A stretch of 64,000 nt of DNA from Schmidtea polychroa. Taxonomy: Eukaryota. This document shows, piece after piece, positions 35,501-50,066 of the stretch. The notes under the pieces are model-generated. The model made no database searches and was not told the DNA's origin. It saw nothing but the letters and a program-made list of their open reading frames with translations. How positions within the stretch are numbered: the first letter of the stretch is position 1; the number at the start of each line of letters is the position of its first letter. The position numbers were made by a program, and so were the translations under genes. Location: positions 28,584,001 through 28,648,000 of the forward strand of contig CM097885.1 of assembly GCA_044892525.1 (NCBI GenBank), read 5' to 3'.

Positions 35501-38500
35501 TTCATTCCTGAAGACGGCATATATTCCATAGTATGAGACTGATGTTGTGAGAACTGAGGCATTTGTGGTCCACCGTTTCCACCATTCATCATACCAGATG
35601 GATTTTGTTGATCTGAATTGCTCTCTGAAGCTGGTGGTGGAGGAAATGCTGGAGCAGGTTGAGAAATTACATGAGATGGGCTCCTAGATGAACCATTGGG
35701 TCCAAATGGATCTTGACCAGGATTGTTTTGCTGTAACTCATTTTGTAAACTATCATTGGGACTAGCCATTATCTGAGGACCTGCTTGGGGAGTTCCAGAA
35801 GGACCTGGACTATGAACTATTCCAAGTGAAGAAGCTGGATTTCCCATAAACCTATGTCTAGGCATTGCCCCCGCAGGATGATAATTAGGCATTAACGCAC
35901 CTTGTGGAAATCGAATAGAATAAGGAACACTTCTGTTTCTCATTAGATCTATAGGCTGTCCACTGATGTTAGGCATAGGATGACCAGGCTATAAATTTAT
36001 TGTTTCAAATTTTTGTTTAACTATTACAATCAAATTAAACGTCGCATTGCCGTACCATCAAAAGATATTTGTAATGATATGGAGAAATACAAGCTATTCT
36101 CAATTGTTTTATCATTGATGCAATAAGAGCAGAAAGATACACTTTATTCGTAGTAATTTAAAGTGGTTTCCATCGGAAATGAGTCCATTAGAATATTAAT
36201 ACAGGTCGCTGTGAAATATTATGCACCATTACTATTGCACTCTCCAAAGCTAATATAACAGAAAATCAATGAAACTCTATTTCTTGACATCATCAATATT
36301 GACTAGTAACAGTAGGATTACACCAATTCCTCGCCTAACGAATTAATTTGTTGCCAAAAAATTCAACGTAAATCGAAATTTCGTTAAGCGAATTTTTATT
36401 TTAATTATCGGTAATATAAACCAAGAATTCTGATTAAAAACGGTAATTTATAAATTTAAAAAATCTAATCAATTTAAATATTATTGAAGAAAACATTCGT
36501 AATTCTTATATTAATGTTCTACCTATAATAATCACATTAAATACATAATTCGTTTGTTTTATTTTGTATTCTGTTTCTATATTTTCGTACAGCGTGATTT
36601 CCGTAATTAAATGCAAATCGAATTTTTTCTAAATTACGTTATAGCGAAACTTCGTAAAAAGATTCAATAAAGCGAGAGATTGGTTTATTGAATCGATTCC
36701 CATTTTTAAAGTAAAACAACTGCCTATTTCAATTCAGTATGGTTAACATTGAAAAATCAAATTTTTAGTGATTACCTTCTCCAAATTTACCGTATTATCC
36801 CGCATATGCCCACATACGCAGATAACCCGCGGGTTTTGAAATTTTTTAACCAATACGTGTATGTAAAATTCGATATAACCCGCTGGTTATAGTCGGGAAA
36901 ATACATCTTATATAAGTTGAAGATCAAAAAACCTAATTATGGGAAATTATATAAAATATTGTTTACTAATCCAAATAAATCCTAAAAAAATATCGATCTC
37001 TAATCTACAGAACTTGCCGATTCGTTTCCATAGTTAATGTTGGGATTGTTAAATTTTAAATGATATAATTTAAAATGTAATATTGGAAAATTCAAAATCA
37101 AGAGATCAACAAATTATCGAATTTGAAAAATGGGTCAGGTGCAAATGAGAGGATGAGAAAGATCATGGCGAGAAAGGATTCATTAGAATATGTTCAGAAA
37201 GGATCGAAATGCAAAAAGAAAACTTCAAAAACAGAAAATCGTTAATTAAGGAAAATACGAGCAAGTAAACAGAAAGAAAAGTAAACAAATTGGATTTTTG
37301 AAAACCATTATCATGACAACATGAGTAATGGGAAAACGGGAAAGGAGACGCATGGGTGAACAATTAATTATTTCTTTCAAAATATTAAAAAGCCACGAGG
37401 CAAAACTTGTCAAAAGGAAGCGATTTAGTTGAAAGCTCAAATTCAAATCGACATTTTGCTTCAGGTATGGAAGAGGCGAAAAAGAAAAATTAAGGATAGA
37501 AATAACTGAAAGGGAAATAAAAGAATCAAGTTATGTCAAAGTAGATAAAAGAGGTGTTTATTGTTGCAGGACGTGCAGAAGCAGAGCGGTTACAGCAAAA
37601 CTTATTGAATAGTCATAATTGGCGATATTTCAGAGTTTTGTAAATTGTAGATTATACTAATTTTATTCCAAATACACCTAAACATCGAATTACGTCGTTA
37701 ATTGGGACCTTAGAAAGACGACGCCAATCTAAATTATTTATCGTATATGTTTATACCAGTTTTCCATTCTTTGATATCTTGTAGTAAATTTCATGAAAAC
37801 CAAAAATTATTAATAAACACATAAGTATATGAATATCAACAAAAACTTTAATTGATTATAAATTAAAAAAAAAAAAAGTGTCCCAATGAGAAATTGTCAT
37901 ATCGACTTAACTGCAGCATTATTTTTCCTACTGCCGCATGTCCGAAACTTCCCATACTCTTCATCCAATTCTTTGAGGACGTCAATTCGAAGAACAAAGG
38001 CAAAGCGCATAGGGTTTGTTTAGCCATAACTATGACAACCGAAATTACTGATAAATTTCGACAGCTTCTGAATTTAGAACAATGACTTAAGATAAATTAT
38101 GTTCCCTCAGTCTCATTCGAGGATGTCCTCAGTGACTTTGCACAAGCAAAGGCAAGAAAGAAAATATTTTAGTTTAATATAATTCCTTAATTCTCATATC
38201 ACGAATCAAGAGATTAGATAATAAGCCTTTGTAAATTGCTTTTTTTAAAAGATCTTTTGCTTCTTTTTATCAGAGTTTGCATTTTTAAGTTTGTTATGAA
38301 TAAAAATGATTTTAAATTAAAGATTTATTATTTCACTATTTATACTTCTTAATTGTATTTCAGTTTATCCCTCTAGGTATCCGAAAATCATATTTGGCGC
38401 TGAGATATGATATCTGGTCTTATAAAGGGCCCCATATTTCAAACTGTACACCAGATATACATTATTACCTAAATGTAGCAGAGCAAATAATGTTAAAGCG

Positions 38501-41500
38501 CCTCTAACAATGAATTTGTCATATATAATTGCTAATTTCCTGATTTGTCTATAATTGCAAATAATTTCCTTTGGATAAATACTTCAAATTTACAATGATA
38601 TCGATTCATATAGAATTCGCGATTATAGTTTGATTGTATATTGTGATTATAAATATCAAAAACACTAACAGGGAAAAATGAGCTTCCTGGAACTAGCATC
38701 GGACCACCTTGGATAGATACTGGAGTATGAATATTATTATCTGGTGGTATTATACCTTGTGATGACGGAGGCCTTCCGCCAGTAGGCGGCATTCCACCGC
38801 TAATTGGACTGGGTATTGATGGATTCTACAAATAAATTAGTTTAGAAACTCGTGTAGAATTTATATTCTTTAAAATTGTGTTATAAATCGATATTATCGT
38901 CAACTTCCTGTTACATATTTTTTTGAAAACATAAAAATAAAGTTTAATCAAATTATTATACAAGAGGACAAAATATTTTATCTTCTCTTTCATATAGGTT
39001 CCGCATTCGGTGTATGAAACCCGCCTATCTGGTCAATAGAGTTCTTTAAAATATCCTTCGATTTAGATTTTGGAGGGAATTGTGAAATAGATCAATTTGA
39101 ATGTCTAATAATCTCCTATGATGAAACAATTTTTAACAAATGTAGGAAATAACCAAATCTTATTGGCACTGTCACATAAGTTCCACATTCGGTTTAAGAA
39201 AACCCGCCAATCTGGTCAATAAAGTTCTTTAAAATATCATTCGATTTAGATTGAAAGATAAAGAATAAGTACAAGGAGTGAATTGTGAAATAGATCAATT
39301 TGAATGTCTAATAATCTCCTATGACGAAAAAATTTACAACAAATGTAAGAAATAACCAATTCTTTATTTGTGTATGTAGAACTGACATCATTTGAATGCA
39401 TTATTGAAAAATTATATGATTATTATATGATTATAATGCGATAAATAACTGTAACTATTTCAACCTTTTGCATGAAGAATATCCATTTTATAACAATTAT
39501 AAAATGCATATCATCACATATTATGTCATATTTTCCAGAGATAAATATAAACGCTAAACTAGAGAGTTTTAATTCTACCTTATATAGTAGCATAGAAATT
39601 TCAGCAAAATTATATATACACAATAGGTGACAAGGCGATATTAGGAACTAGATGGTTATTTAATATGTTAAAGAAATTCCAATATTAGTATTTTAAATTA
39701 GTATTTTAGTACAGGCTGAATTAACTAAATTTATCAAATGTTTCAAAAAACAATCGTGTTAATTTTCTCAGATCATTAAATTAAATACTGTATATTGAAA
39801 CGCAAAATTCGGTTAGTGTAAACATATTTCGTAGGTCTTTTGAAATTCGTGTTAAATGTGTTAGATTTGGTTTAACTATTTAAAAAATATTCTGTACTTA
39901 TATTGAACTTTATTGCTTAATAGAGAAAAATATTATTAAAAATATTATTAATTAGCCGTGCATATTTTAGAGTTAGCCGAAATCAAAGTTGATGAATTAA
40001 AAGTTATTTGTGGGAATTTTTGTGAATTAAAAAAAATTCTAAGTAAGATAAATGGATTGGTTTTGGTTTGCAGCATTCAAAAAGAAAGTGGCAAACATTA
40101 TTTCAAAAAAATCAACCATAAAAATCATGGTTTCAGCTCAATTCGACCACGGAAAGTAGGTTAGGTTAATTTGACAAAATTTGCGTGATACAATCAACAA
40201 ATCAAACGCGAAGTTTATATTGAGAGAGTAAAAAGGTATCACAATAGGAAGTTTCTTTGAAAAGGAGTTTTGAAACACCAGTAAGTGTGTAATAATGTAC
40301 GTAATAAAACTATAATTCAATGGTATTGTTAATTTCTTGATGTGTGTTCCCATCGGTTACTTTTAAACCCTCTTATATTTGGAAGGTTAAACAAGATCCG
40401 TTCGGTATCTGGGATAATGACAACTAGAATTCGTGACAACTAGAACTCGTGCATAATAGAAAAATGAGTACAGAATATCCAATATTACAAAGATTTGTTG
40501 TTGTGGGGACTACAATATGGTCTAATGAGTATTCAACTTGAATTGATTCACCATTGGGTCTTGTTGTTCCTTTTAATCACTGTGTTGTTCCCTAAATTTT
40601 AAAAATCCAGATACCAATAATGTTGAAGCAGCTTGGAATTGGGGATATTATTTTAATTTATTTATTGATTTTTTTTAAATTAATTTAATTAATTAAAATT
40701 TAATTATAAAAATTCATTTTCGCTTTTTATTTGAAATTTAATAAAGATTTGAATTTTTTTCACTATAAAAATAAATTTTCATAATTCACTAAATATATTT
40801 TAACTTTTAACCATAAAAATCAATCGATTTTAAAATTTTTATTTTTATTATGTTCATTAAAAAAATCTTCAAAATGAATAAATAGTAAAGTGAAACAAAT
40901 CAATTTTAAAATATTAGTTATATTTGAATTTGTTAGTTTAGAAAATATTTAAATCGAAGAAAAAATGCAAAAAAATAAATCTATACTCATTAAATAGCAA
41001 AATAAAATCTATCCCATCAATATTGCTGAGAAATGAGTTTCAAAATCAACCAGCAAATTATCCAACAAAACTTGTCTGTGTGTGTGAGCGATATCTACCC
41101 GCAAATTATATTTATTGCCATTGAATAAAGACAGTACGAATAAAAAAATCACAAAAATATTTCATTATCATTGAAACAAGAAAAAATATTTCAATAAAAA
41201 TAATTTCTAACTGCGAGCAAAAAAAATCGGTTATAATTAATCACCAGTTGTCGATGGAATTTTATTATAGAAAATAACCGAAAGAGAGAAAATAAAAACC
41301 AAATTACAATTTTATCCAATTAAATCCACTGAATAGATATAAAATGATTTATGTTTGGTTTAAAATCCATTTCTCCAGCATATATGGGGAAAATAACAAG
41401 TGAGATCCACTGACAAAATTAAGATACAGCTAAAAAATTTAAATTCAAGCAAAAACAAACAAGTTAAGGAAATTATAATCGTTTCAGTGTTTTCAATTAA

Positions 41501-42271
41501 AAAAACAACACTACAATGATGCGCATGCATTCAATGAGGAAAAGCCGTTAATTTAAAGTCAGTTGCAGACACACACGCGTTTTAGAGTAATAGGATACAA
41601 ATAACAATTTAGTTGACTTTCGTTAAAGCAATACACTAATAATTATCATATATAGTAACAATTTATTTGAAAATTAATTAAAATTATAATATTTAAATTC
41701 CAAAACATATAATGTAAAAATTAATGCTTAAAAAATCGTATTAAAATTAACATTCAACTCACTCTTGGTAATCCATTTGGATATCCAGAATTAACAAATC
41801 CCTGTTTTTCAAAAATTCGAATCAATAATATCTTATAATCAATTTCAAATTACATAATCATGAAATGCTTTAGCTTCACTTGAATGCTCAAAGGTTTCTC
41901 GTCTTTCTGGGGCTGCGCTGTATAAATCATAAAAAACACTAAAATATAATCATTTGAAATTATAGATTGAAATAAAATGAAGCTCACCACCACCATTGAT
42001 TTAAAAATCCTGGAGATTCACCAATTTGCCATGGTTTTTCCCAATGCATCTAAAATTAATTTTGAATTTAAAACTATTTTTTATGAACGAATAATAACTT
42101 CTTGTAAAAATGTTTGTGCAGCTTTAGTTGCACCAATATGTATTAGATATTCGTAAACATGACTTGCTAATCTATGTCAATAATAAAAATCAATGTCAAT
42201 GGATAAATTTTTAACTTTTCTTTAGCTTGTGAATCGGATGGCACTGATGGGGCTTTACCTTTCGGAAACAT
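32523..42271 (-). CDS. ssdp: Single-stranded DNA-binding protein SSDP (SSBP2/3/4 family, LUFS/LisH domain). Exons 42271-42216, 42171-42099, 42049-41988, 41938-41854, 41801-41763, 38825-38670, 35988-35176, 32558-32523
   Basis: Spliced product [92 protein letters not shown], then a P/G/M-rich region. All introns are GT-AG and frame-preserving. The last exon ([11 protein letters not shown]) is less certain. Confidence 0.93.
33080..33270. repeat. Degenerate 12-bp tandem repeat (ATAATTTTTCAT) flanked by a ~140-bp direct duplication
   Basis: Visible array; 32930-33075 is repeated at ~33310-33465. Confidence 0.85.
33960..34346. repeat. 12-bp tandem repeat (AATAATTTTTCA)n in SSDP intron
   Basis: Directly visible; explains the KNYL/EKLF ORFs. 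Confidence 0.95.
37890..38172 (+). mobile_element. hAT transposase C-terminal relic in SSDP intron
   Basis: Ends [19 protein letters not shown], typical of hAT C-termini; degraded. Confidence 0.55.
38998..39360. repeat. Diverged tandem duplication of ~180 bp
   Basis: GTTCC(G/A)CATTCGGT...GAAATAACCAA occurs twice (~38998 and ~39180). Confidence 0.8.
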
Positions 42272-42646
42272 AGTACGTTTGAATAATATTTTTAAAAAAC
42301 TTATAGAAATAAATGTTGATAAATAATTCAAAATATTAAAACACCATATTTGGAATATATTTTAAACTTAAACAAAGTAATTTAACTATTAATTGTAAAA
42401 ATTGAAATTACAATTTATTGATTTTTTTTTACAATTGCATAGGTTCAGTTAGACATCTTTTTGTTTAAATAATTTGGAATTGGCGGTTTTTGTGAATTAA
42501 TTAAAACTTGTTATTTATAAATTCTTTGAATAAATATATATTGTTAGTTTCAAGATTTTTCTGCGAAATTTAAAGATGGAATTAACTGGCGACCACGCCG
42601 AAAATCAAAATATCAACGCCATTTCGAAATCGACAAAATCACTAAT

Positions 42647-43870
42647 GGAATGCCTACCGAAATCATGCCAAGACATGCTCATACTGAACATCAGACGAAA
42701 TGATGGAAGAGGTTTAAAGAAGCCGAAGAATGGATCAGGGATATAGAAGAATGGTTGCTGACAAATGGACAGCGATTGACAAGTACTTTCGATGTGTTAT
42801 TAGTGGCAGAAGCAAAGACATTGTGGGGAAACGTCAGAGAAACAGAAAAAACAGATGTAAAAGCCAAAGCGTGGTTCTTAAATACGTTCACAATTACAAA
42901 ATCAATAACTGACAAAATCGGAGAATTGGCAGCTATGGAACAGGAAGATGATGAAAGGTTTGCAGCTTTTGAGATACGGCTAAGAAAAGCTTTAGCTGAA
43001 GTTGTAAATTCAGGACGATCAGAAGAAGATATTGTTCAAGACCTCATCGCATATAAAGCACGCGATGCGAGACTGAGGGAGATACTATTGACGAAACCAG
43101 AAACAAAAATTGAAGAAACGAGATCATTGGCGAAAATTTTTGAAAGTAACAAAAATGGAAACCATAAAACAGAATTTATTAAAGCAATCGGTCAAAGAAC
43201 ATACGCTAGCGTGACTGAGGGAGGGGAGATGAGAATTCAAAAGAATATCCAAGATCCCATGTCTACATCACCACAAAGAAGACTATCAGAAGATCCATTT
43301 AGTCACCACAAATCAAGAAGAGACGAACATCCTATACGCGGACCAATACAATACGAAGGAAATAATCATGGTCGTCGAGAACAATCTCCAAGAGAACAAT
43401 TCTTGAGAAATACGAGAATCCCGAATAGCTCAGAAAGGAAGCCGCCAACAATATCCATGAAGAATATTGCAAGGAGGCTGTACAACGAAAGTAGGGGACT
43501 ACCACAAGCATCGGTCTCAAAATTAACGGTAGGTGATTGTTTTTGCTGTGGCGAAAAGGGACATAGAAGGTTTGAGTGTCCACTGGGAAATAAATGCCTG
43601 ATATGTGGCAAGGAAGGACACGGGTTCCGAGATTGTTTTACGTTACGGAAAAATGTTCCACACCAATATCAAAGAATAGCGTGCATAGAAGAAGAAGATT
43701 CAAAATCTGAAAGAAGAGATTACGCCGAGAACAGCCAGGATTTCAGAATGGATCACAGCAATATGGAAGATAGATACAATGTCCCTGAGAAATATACTAT
43801 ATTGAGAGAAGACGGGAAAAAAATCAGCGACTCCATGGGTTTCATTTCGTCAGTGGAGTCAAGACAATAA
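42647..43870 (+). pseudogene. gag: Gypsy gag with two CCHC knuckles (5' end disrupted)
   Basis: CFCCGEKGHRRFEC and CLICGKEGHGFRDC. Confidence 0.85.
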
Positions 43871-43914
43871 ATTGAGAAATAAGAAATGAACGACGAAGAG
43901 ACGAGGCAGAAGAA

Positions 43915-46900
43915 ATGTACCAGACGAAAGATGGAAGAAATTGGAGTAAAATAATGTTGAATAATTCCGAAACAGAGATGTTATGGGATTCTGGAGCATC
44001 AGTAACAGTCATGAGCAAGAATTTGTGGGAGAAAATAGGCAAACCAGAACTTAAACGTAGTCTGATATTATTGTGCGGAGTTTTTTCAACTGGAGGTGAA
44101 GAAGCAATGGGGTACATGACTATACCGGCCACATTGAATCAGAAGACCAAAATAATCACAGTAGTAGTGGTAAAAGAGATCAAACCCGAATTCATAGGGG
44201 GCATTGATACAATGAAAGAGTTTGGAGTAAAGTTAATGAAAATCAATAATATAGAAACGTCTGTTAGACGCAACAACGTCGAATTCATTTTCAATCTCCA
44301 TAATTAATAAATTAACCAAATAAAATTACTAAATTTATTTTATTCAAAAAACTGCCCTTTTTTGTAATATTCAAACAATCTGTTCGAGGCTTTTTTTTAT
44401 TTTAATTTTGATGCTGATTTCAATGATGGTTTAATTTATTTTAATATTTAATATATTTTAATTTATTTTTATATTTTAAACTTACTTTAATTTATTAATT
44501 TAAATATTTATATAAAAATTTATGTAATCTGATAAATACAATTTAAAGGTTTATTAGCAATATTCAGTTTTAGCTTACACGTTAATTCTACCCTTTCATC
44601 GTCATTGATAAACAAATTTTACACTGATGAAGAAAGAATAAATAAAGCACTAGTGGCGATGGCAGGTGAGAATAGTAAAGATATTGAAGGAATGATCAGG
44701 GAATACGGCGGAATTTTTATGGCATCGAAATTCGATCTGGGATTTACAAACTTAGTTCGACATGAGATGCGGATAACAGGAGGCCCAATAATGCAACATC
44801 CTCGACGTCAACCAATGCACATGGAGAAAAGGATTGAAGAACTGATAAAAGAGTTAATGAAAGCAAATGTTATTCGGTGTTGCAAGAGTCCTTGGAATGC
44901 CCCGTTAGTGATAGAAGGGAAGAAAGATAGATCTATCAGGATGTGTGTAGATTATCGTGGATTAAATTCAATAACAGAAAAAGAGTCATTTCCTATGCCT
45001 AACACCAAATTCTTACTAGACAGTCTCGCGAATGCAAAAATATTTTCGTCAATCGATTTAGGTTAGGCGTATTATCAAGTGGAGTTGGCTCCAGAAATTC
45101 AAGAAATGACTGCATTCAGTCCAAGAGAAGGACAATTTTGCTTCAATAGACTACCGTTTGGCTTAGCAACAGCTCCTACGACATTCCAGAGAATGATGCA
45201 CACAGTGCTAGAAGGAATGCTATTCAAGGGAGTAGTAGTTTATATAGATGATATCTTGGTATATGGTAAAAGTCAAAAAGACCACGATGAGCTATTATGG
45301 GAAATATTCAGAAGAATTCAAGTTGCAGGACTGAAGATAAATCCAGCAAAATGCAAATTCAATAAAACAGAATTGTGTTTCCTTGGTCACACAATTAACG
45401 AGAAGGGTATCCAGACAAACAGGAAGAAAGTGGAAGAAATCGAGAAAGTAGAAGTGCCAAAATGTTCAAAACAATTGAGATCGTTTCTCGGATTAAGGAA
45501 CTACTATAGAGGATTCATCAAAGAGTATGCCAAAATCGCCGAAACATTATACGCTGCAACATCTGGATGCGATAAAGATATAAATTGGACTAAAGAATGC
45601 AACGAGAGCTTCCAAACTCTGAAGAGACGGTTGTGCGAAGCACCTATCCTCGATTTTCCAAGAGAAGATAGGACTTTTATCTTAGACACAGCCGTTGGTG
45701 CAGTTTTGAGTCAAATTACAGAAGATGGAGAAGAATCTGTCATAGCTTATGACTCGAGACATATGTCATCACATGAAAAGGGATACTGTGTAACCAGGAA
45801 AGAACTGCTCGCCGTACATGAATACGTTATGCATTTTAGAGAATATCTGAACGTGAAAAAATTCATAATTCGCACCAACCACAAGGCATTGGTTTTCATG
45901 AACACTACAGAAACGCCAATCAGTCCACAGTTCCAAACATGGTTAGCTAACCTGTCGGAATATGATTTTGAACTAAAATATCGGAAAGGCGAAGAACACT
46001 CGAATGCAGATGGACAATCAAGATTAAAAAGTATGATTTGCACCCAGTGTCAAACAAGACATGAAGAAGCTAAGCAAGGAAAATCAAAGATTAGATATAT
46101 ATATATATATATATATATATACTATCCAAAGAACAGAAGCTATGGAAAAAGTATGGGAACAACAACAAAAGGACATTCGGTTTCGAGAGCTGCGAGAGAT
46201 ATTGGAAAATGGATGTACACGGGAGAAAAAGAATTGCTTCCCCTTTAACGTAAAAAATACACAAATTGATGGAGGATTAATAACAGTAGAAAAGAACAAA
46301 ATTATCTTAATGTTAGTCCCAGAAACATTTGCAGGCCTGTTAACAACAACGCTACATGAAGAACTATGTCACATTGGAGTTGAGAAATTTTTTCATTATA
46401 TGGAAAAGATATTTTATTGGCCGAAAATGCAAGAAACAATCCAACTCTGTTTACGATGTTGCGAGATCTGCGCTAAGAGAAAGATCGATCAGACAAGAGC
46501 CAAGGAAACATTTATTCCTAGATATAGCTCTGAATTCCTAGAACAGATTGTTATAGACGTGGCTTACATGGAAATAAACGCCATAAAAAATATATGGTAG
46601 TAATGGTGGAACGTTTTAACAAACTGATTTCTTTAACTGCAATCACAAAGCAAGACGAAGGGACCATTTTCAAAACAATACTTAATAGTTGGATCTATCG
46701 ATTTGGAAAACCGAAGAGTATTTTAACAGATAGAGGCCGAAATTTCAAAGGGAATTTCCTAAGACAGAAGCTACAGAAACTTGGAATCAAACAAGAATTC
46801 AGCTTACCTTACCAGCACCAATCAAATGGTTTAGCCGAAAGAGCCATACGAACGATAAGAGATCTTATTACAGCAACATTGGCAGGCGGATGTGAAGAGA

Positions 46901-47316
46901 GAAACTGGCACGAACTTCTACCCAGAATAGAGTTCACTATAAATAACAGTCGACAAAGTGCTACAGGTTTATCACCATTTGAGATAATTTATGGACGGAG
47001 TGTTAACCTACACTCTAACCTGAAACAAGCCGATATATCAAGAAGCGAAAGAATCGAAGACGCGAGATTTAACTCGAGTAAAGCCGCAGACATTGTGAGA
47101 GTTATGGATAAGACAAAGTGGGGCACTCGTGTTTTCGAGGTGGGGGAGGAGGTACTCGTACGTAAAGAGCCGCAGAACAGGCACAAGGATGGTATGCAAT
47201 ACGATGGCCCATATAAAATCGCCAGATTTCTATCACCTCATCGAGTCGAACTACATTCACAAGAAGGAACAAAAGAAAGAAGAATCGAGTGGCTGAAGAA
47301 GTGTAAAAAGTCTTAA
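43915..47316 (+). pseudogene. pol: Gypsy pol (PR-RT-RH-IN) with stops, frameshifts and an AT-rich insert
   Basis: LWDSGAS protease; SPWNAP, RMCVDYRGLN and YIDD RT; RKELLAV RNase H; integrase LTDRG..SNGLAER and GPY. Insert at ~44255-44605 and a (TA)n expansion at ~46096-46120. Confidence 0.93.
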
Positions 47317-48987
47317 GAAGGGGAGAGTTAGATATCTTTTTGTTTAAATAATTTGGAATTGGCGGTTTTTGTGAATTAAAACTTTTATTTATAAATTCTT
47401 TGATTAAATATATATTGTTAGTTTCAAGATTTTTCTGCGAAATTGAAAAATGGATCTAAAGATAGATTTAACTGGTTCATTTTAAAAAATTTTATAAATT
47501 ATTACATGGATTTAAATCTATTAATAAAATGTTGTAAATCACAGGACAATTAGTGTTTGGTTCAAGTGCTATATTATAAAACGTGATAAAAACAAATTTT
47601 GTATCATTTGTTAATTATGAGTTTTGAACTTTCTAGTGAAATATTACAATCAACGTATCCTTTGAGCTGCGCGCGTGCATGAGCACGCAGTAAACGTGAA
47701 TTCATGAATTTCTGTGCAGTTACCACACAAAAGAGGCCTGGAAAATTGTCAATGTAAATTTATTCACCATTAGCGGGAAACCGACTACCTATTTCAATGT
47801 TGCCGATATATGTTGTTATAAACAACTGCTCACGACAATCTACGATACACTAACTGCCAGCTGCTTGCTGATATTATCTTTTTCGTCGCGGTCTCAAGTA
47901 AAATTAAACACACATGGCTACATCATTAAACTAGAGTGGTTTCTTAATAGCTTGATAGTATCAAGTCAAAGTCGGTCTATCCACTGCGGCCCTGCCTGCC
48001 TTCCTCTATATTATCATCGAATGTTACTGTTAAATATATATCATGGAACCGATACGATGCCTACTTGACTGGAAGACTAGAATACCTCTGATACTTAGAT
48101 GGTGTCGTCTCATAGATATCATAAAGCTCATTCTCATGCCTCTTTCACGTCCTGTAGGCATTGGTTAATGTATTTCAAGGTGATTGTTGTATTTTAAATC
48201 CAAGATGTATTCACCCAATGTCAACAACATTTCTACAGTGGAGTTGGCTTGCTCAGACTCCAGTCTAGAGTAGTAGAGTCTAGACCAATTAAAAAAGAAC
48301 CGATAATGAGTTTAGGTTTCATTGTGTTTGGTTGACTCGACATCATTCTGTTATTCACTATTTTATAATCCCCATAAAATAAAATGTCAAAAAGAAAATT
48401 AAACGAAGATAAAAAAGTTGCTATAGAACCTCCTCGGATAAAATCTGTGGTTACGTTTAAACTGTCCTGGTTAAATGAATTAATTGAAACAGATACTGTT
48501 GAATTGAAATTTCCTAAATGCGTTGAATTTGGGAGAATTTTTAGCTTTTCTTTGGAGGAGGGTGTCATATGCAAAATATGATCGAAGCAAAACCTACGGT
48601 GGGTTACAGGTGGTCGAATGTTTGCTATTTAGTGCTGTTTCCAGCGTAACCCCAAGATACAACATTAGTTACCGCTTGATACCCGTTGAGTAATCAACGT
48701 TGGTACTGTATCAAGTGGGTGAGTACTCGCAAAAAGTCAGCGCACTAAGAGCACTATAATTGTCGAGTACTCTATGGGTTCACGGACGGCCGTTAGAAGG
48801 CATGTGTCCGATTTACTTCGGTCCCTTATCGCAATTGCTCTCCCAAACACTCCTATGTCAACCACATTATTATCAACAATCACAAGATTCAACCTCATAC
48901 ACATCCGATGATGATAATTATTTATTTAGACATCACAATTTACAATATATGTTCTACCCCAAAAGGGTTCGGACACTCCATCACACC

Positions 48988-49461
48988 TCAGGGTCGTGGA
49001 GCTGCCTCGGACTCTTTTAACTTTTCCTGTTCGGCCAGCCAGGCCCTTTTCAATTTCTCTCGGGTATTCCGCCCTAGCCGTTTACGTTTCGACTTGCTAG
49101 CCTGGGCCGGTGGATATATCTTGGCCAGCTCCACGGGTAAGGGGCGAATCTGCTCTTGGAGAGTATCCTGAATGAACTTTTCGTTCAGCTTGACCTCGAG
49201 CGTGCGCACTTGTAACTTCAGTGCCCGTATTTCAATTTGATCCTGCTCCTCCTGGGTCTGGAGTTGCAGGATGTGTGTTGTTTGTTTTTTCATCTCGGCC
49301 GGGCTGAACCAAGTGCCCTCGAGTTCTCGGCACTTCACTTTGAGTTTCTCAACTCGGCCTCGGAGGTCCTCGGCCTGCTGCTGAGCCTGCTCGCGGTCCT
49401 TGCGTAGATTTTCGAATAATTTGAACACTAGAACATAAAAGAATTTATTACCCGCATCCAT
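48988..49461 (-). CDS. Hypothetical coiled-coil/basic protein; homolog of 24071 ORF
   Basis: GC-rich ORF with LEGTWFSPAEMKK and KSKRKRLGR. Confidence 0.5.
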   Translation of the reverse strand: MDAGNKFFYVLVFKLFENLRKDREQAQQQAEDLRGRVEKLKVKCRELEGTWFSPAEMKKQTTHILQLQTQEEQDQIEIRALKLQVRTLEVKLNEKFIQDTLQEQIRPLPVELAKIYPPAQASKSKRKRLGRNTREKLKRAWLAEQEKLKESEAAPRP

Positions 49462-49652
49462 ACAAAAGGAAATTAATTTAATCGTATAGCAAGATCCTTA
49501 ATTAACGTCGGTCGCCTGACCACTAAGGTGTACTATAATCGCTAGAACCCGCAACTCGACAACAAAATAATTTATCACATGAGGTACAAAAGGAAAATTA
49601 TAACTAGTTAATTTATTGTATGAGATACAAAAGAAAAACTGGTTAAAACAAG

Positions 49653-50066
49653 TCAAATATCATTCGTCAAAATGCAAAGTGTAACTGAAAAAAGGTTCGT
49701 CAATAGTGGGTACTTGCGGGGCCTTCCTCTCTTTCGTGGGGGCGCCTCGGCATCTTCCAACTCTTCCAAGGCCACTCCTTCCCTTTTGGCCCGGAGCTGG
49801 AGCTCGATCTTCTTCAGCCGCGTTTGGGCAGCCTCCACTTCGATGGCCGCTCGATCGCGGGCCTCCTGCAATAACTCGTTTGTGGGTTCCGTCTTCACCC
49901 ACGCCGGGGCGTCAGGTTCTGGGCTACTTCGGATAACTGGGCCAAAATTATCCAGATCCAGACCGCGGTTCCAGTCATGGATCTTATACCAGACGTATCT
50001 GGTCCGGAGTCGTGTGATTAGTTGCCTGTCGGTTTCCCCATCGTTGTAATCGTCAGAGTGAGACAT
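49653..50066 (-). CDS. Hypothetical protein with coiled coil and AT-hook
   Basis: GC-rich ORF with PPRKRGRPRK. Confidence 0.5.
   Translation of the reverse strand: MSHSDDYNDGETDRQLITRLRTRYVWYKIHDWNRGLDLDNFGPVIRSSPEPDAPAWVKTEPTNELLQEARDRAAIEVEAAQTRLKKIELQLRAKREGVALEELEDAEAPPRKRGRPRKYPLLTNLFSVTLCILTNDI

Larger units (their letters stand above)
42447..47473 (+). mobile_element. Full-length but mutated Ty3/Gypsy LTR retrotransposon
   Basis: Short LTRs AGTT..AACT at 42447-42587 and 47326-47473. TSD GGTTC at 42442-42446 and 47474-47478. PBS TGGCGACCACG (tRNA-Arg-like) and PPT AAGAAGGGGAG. Confidence 0.93.
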
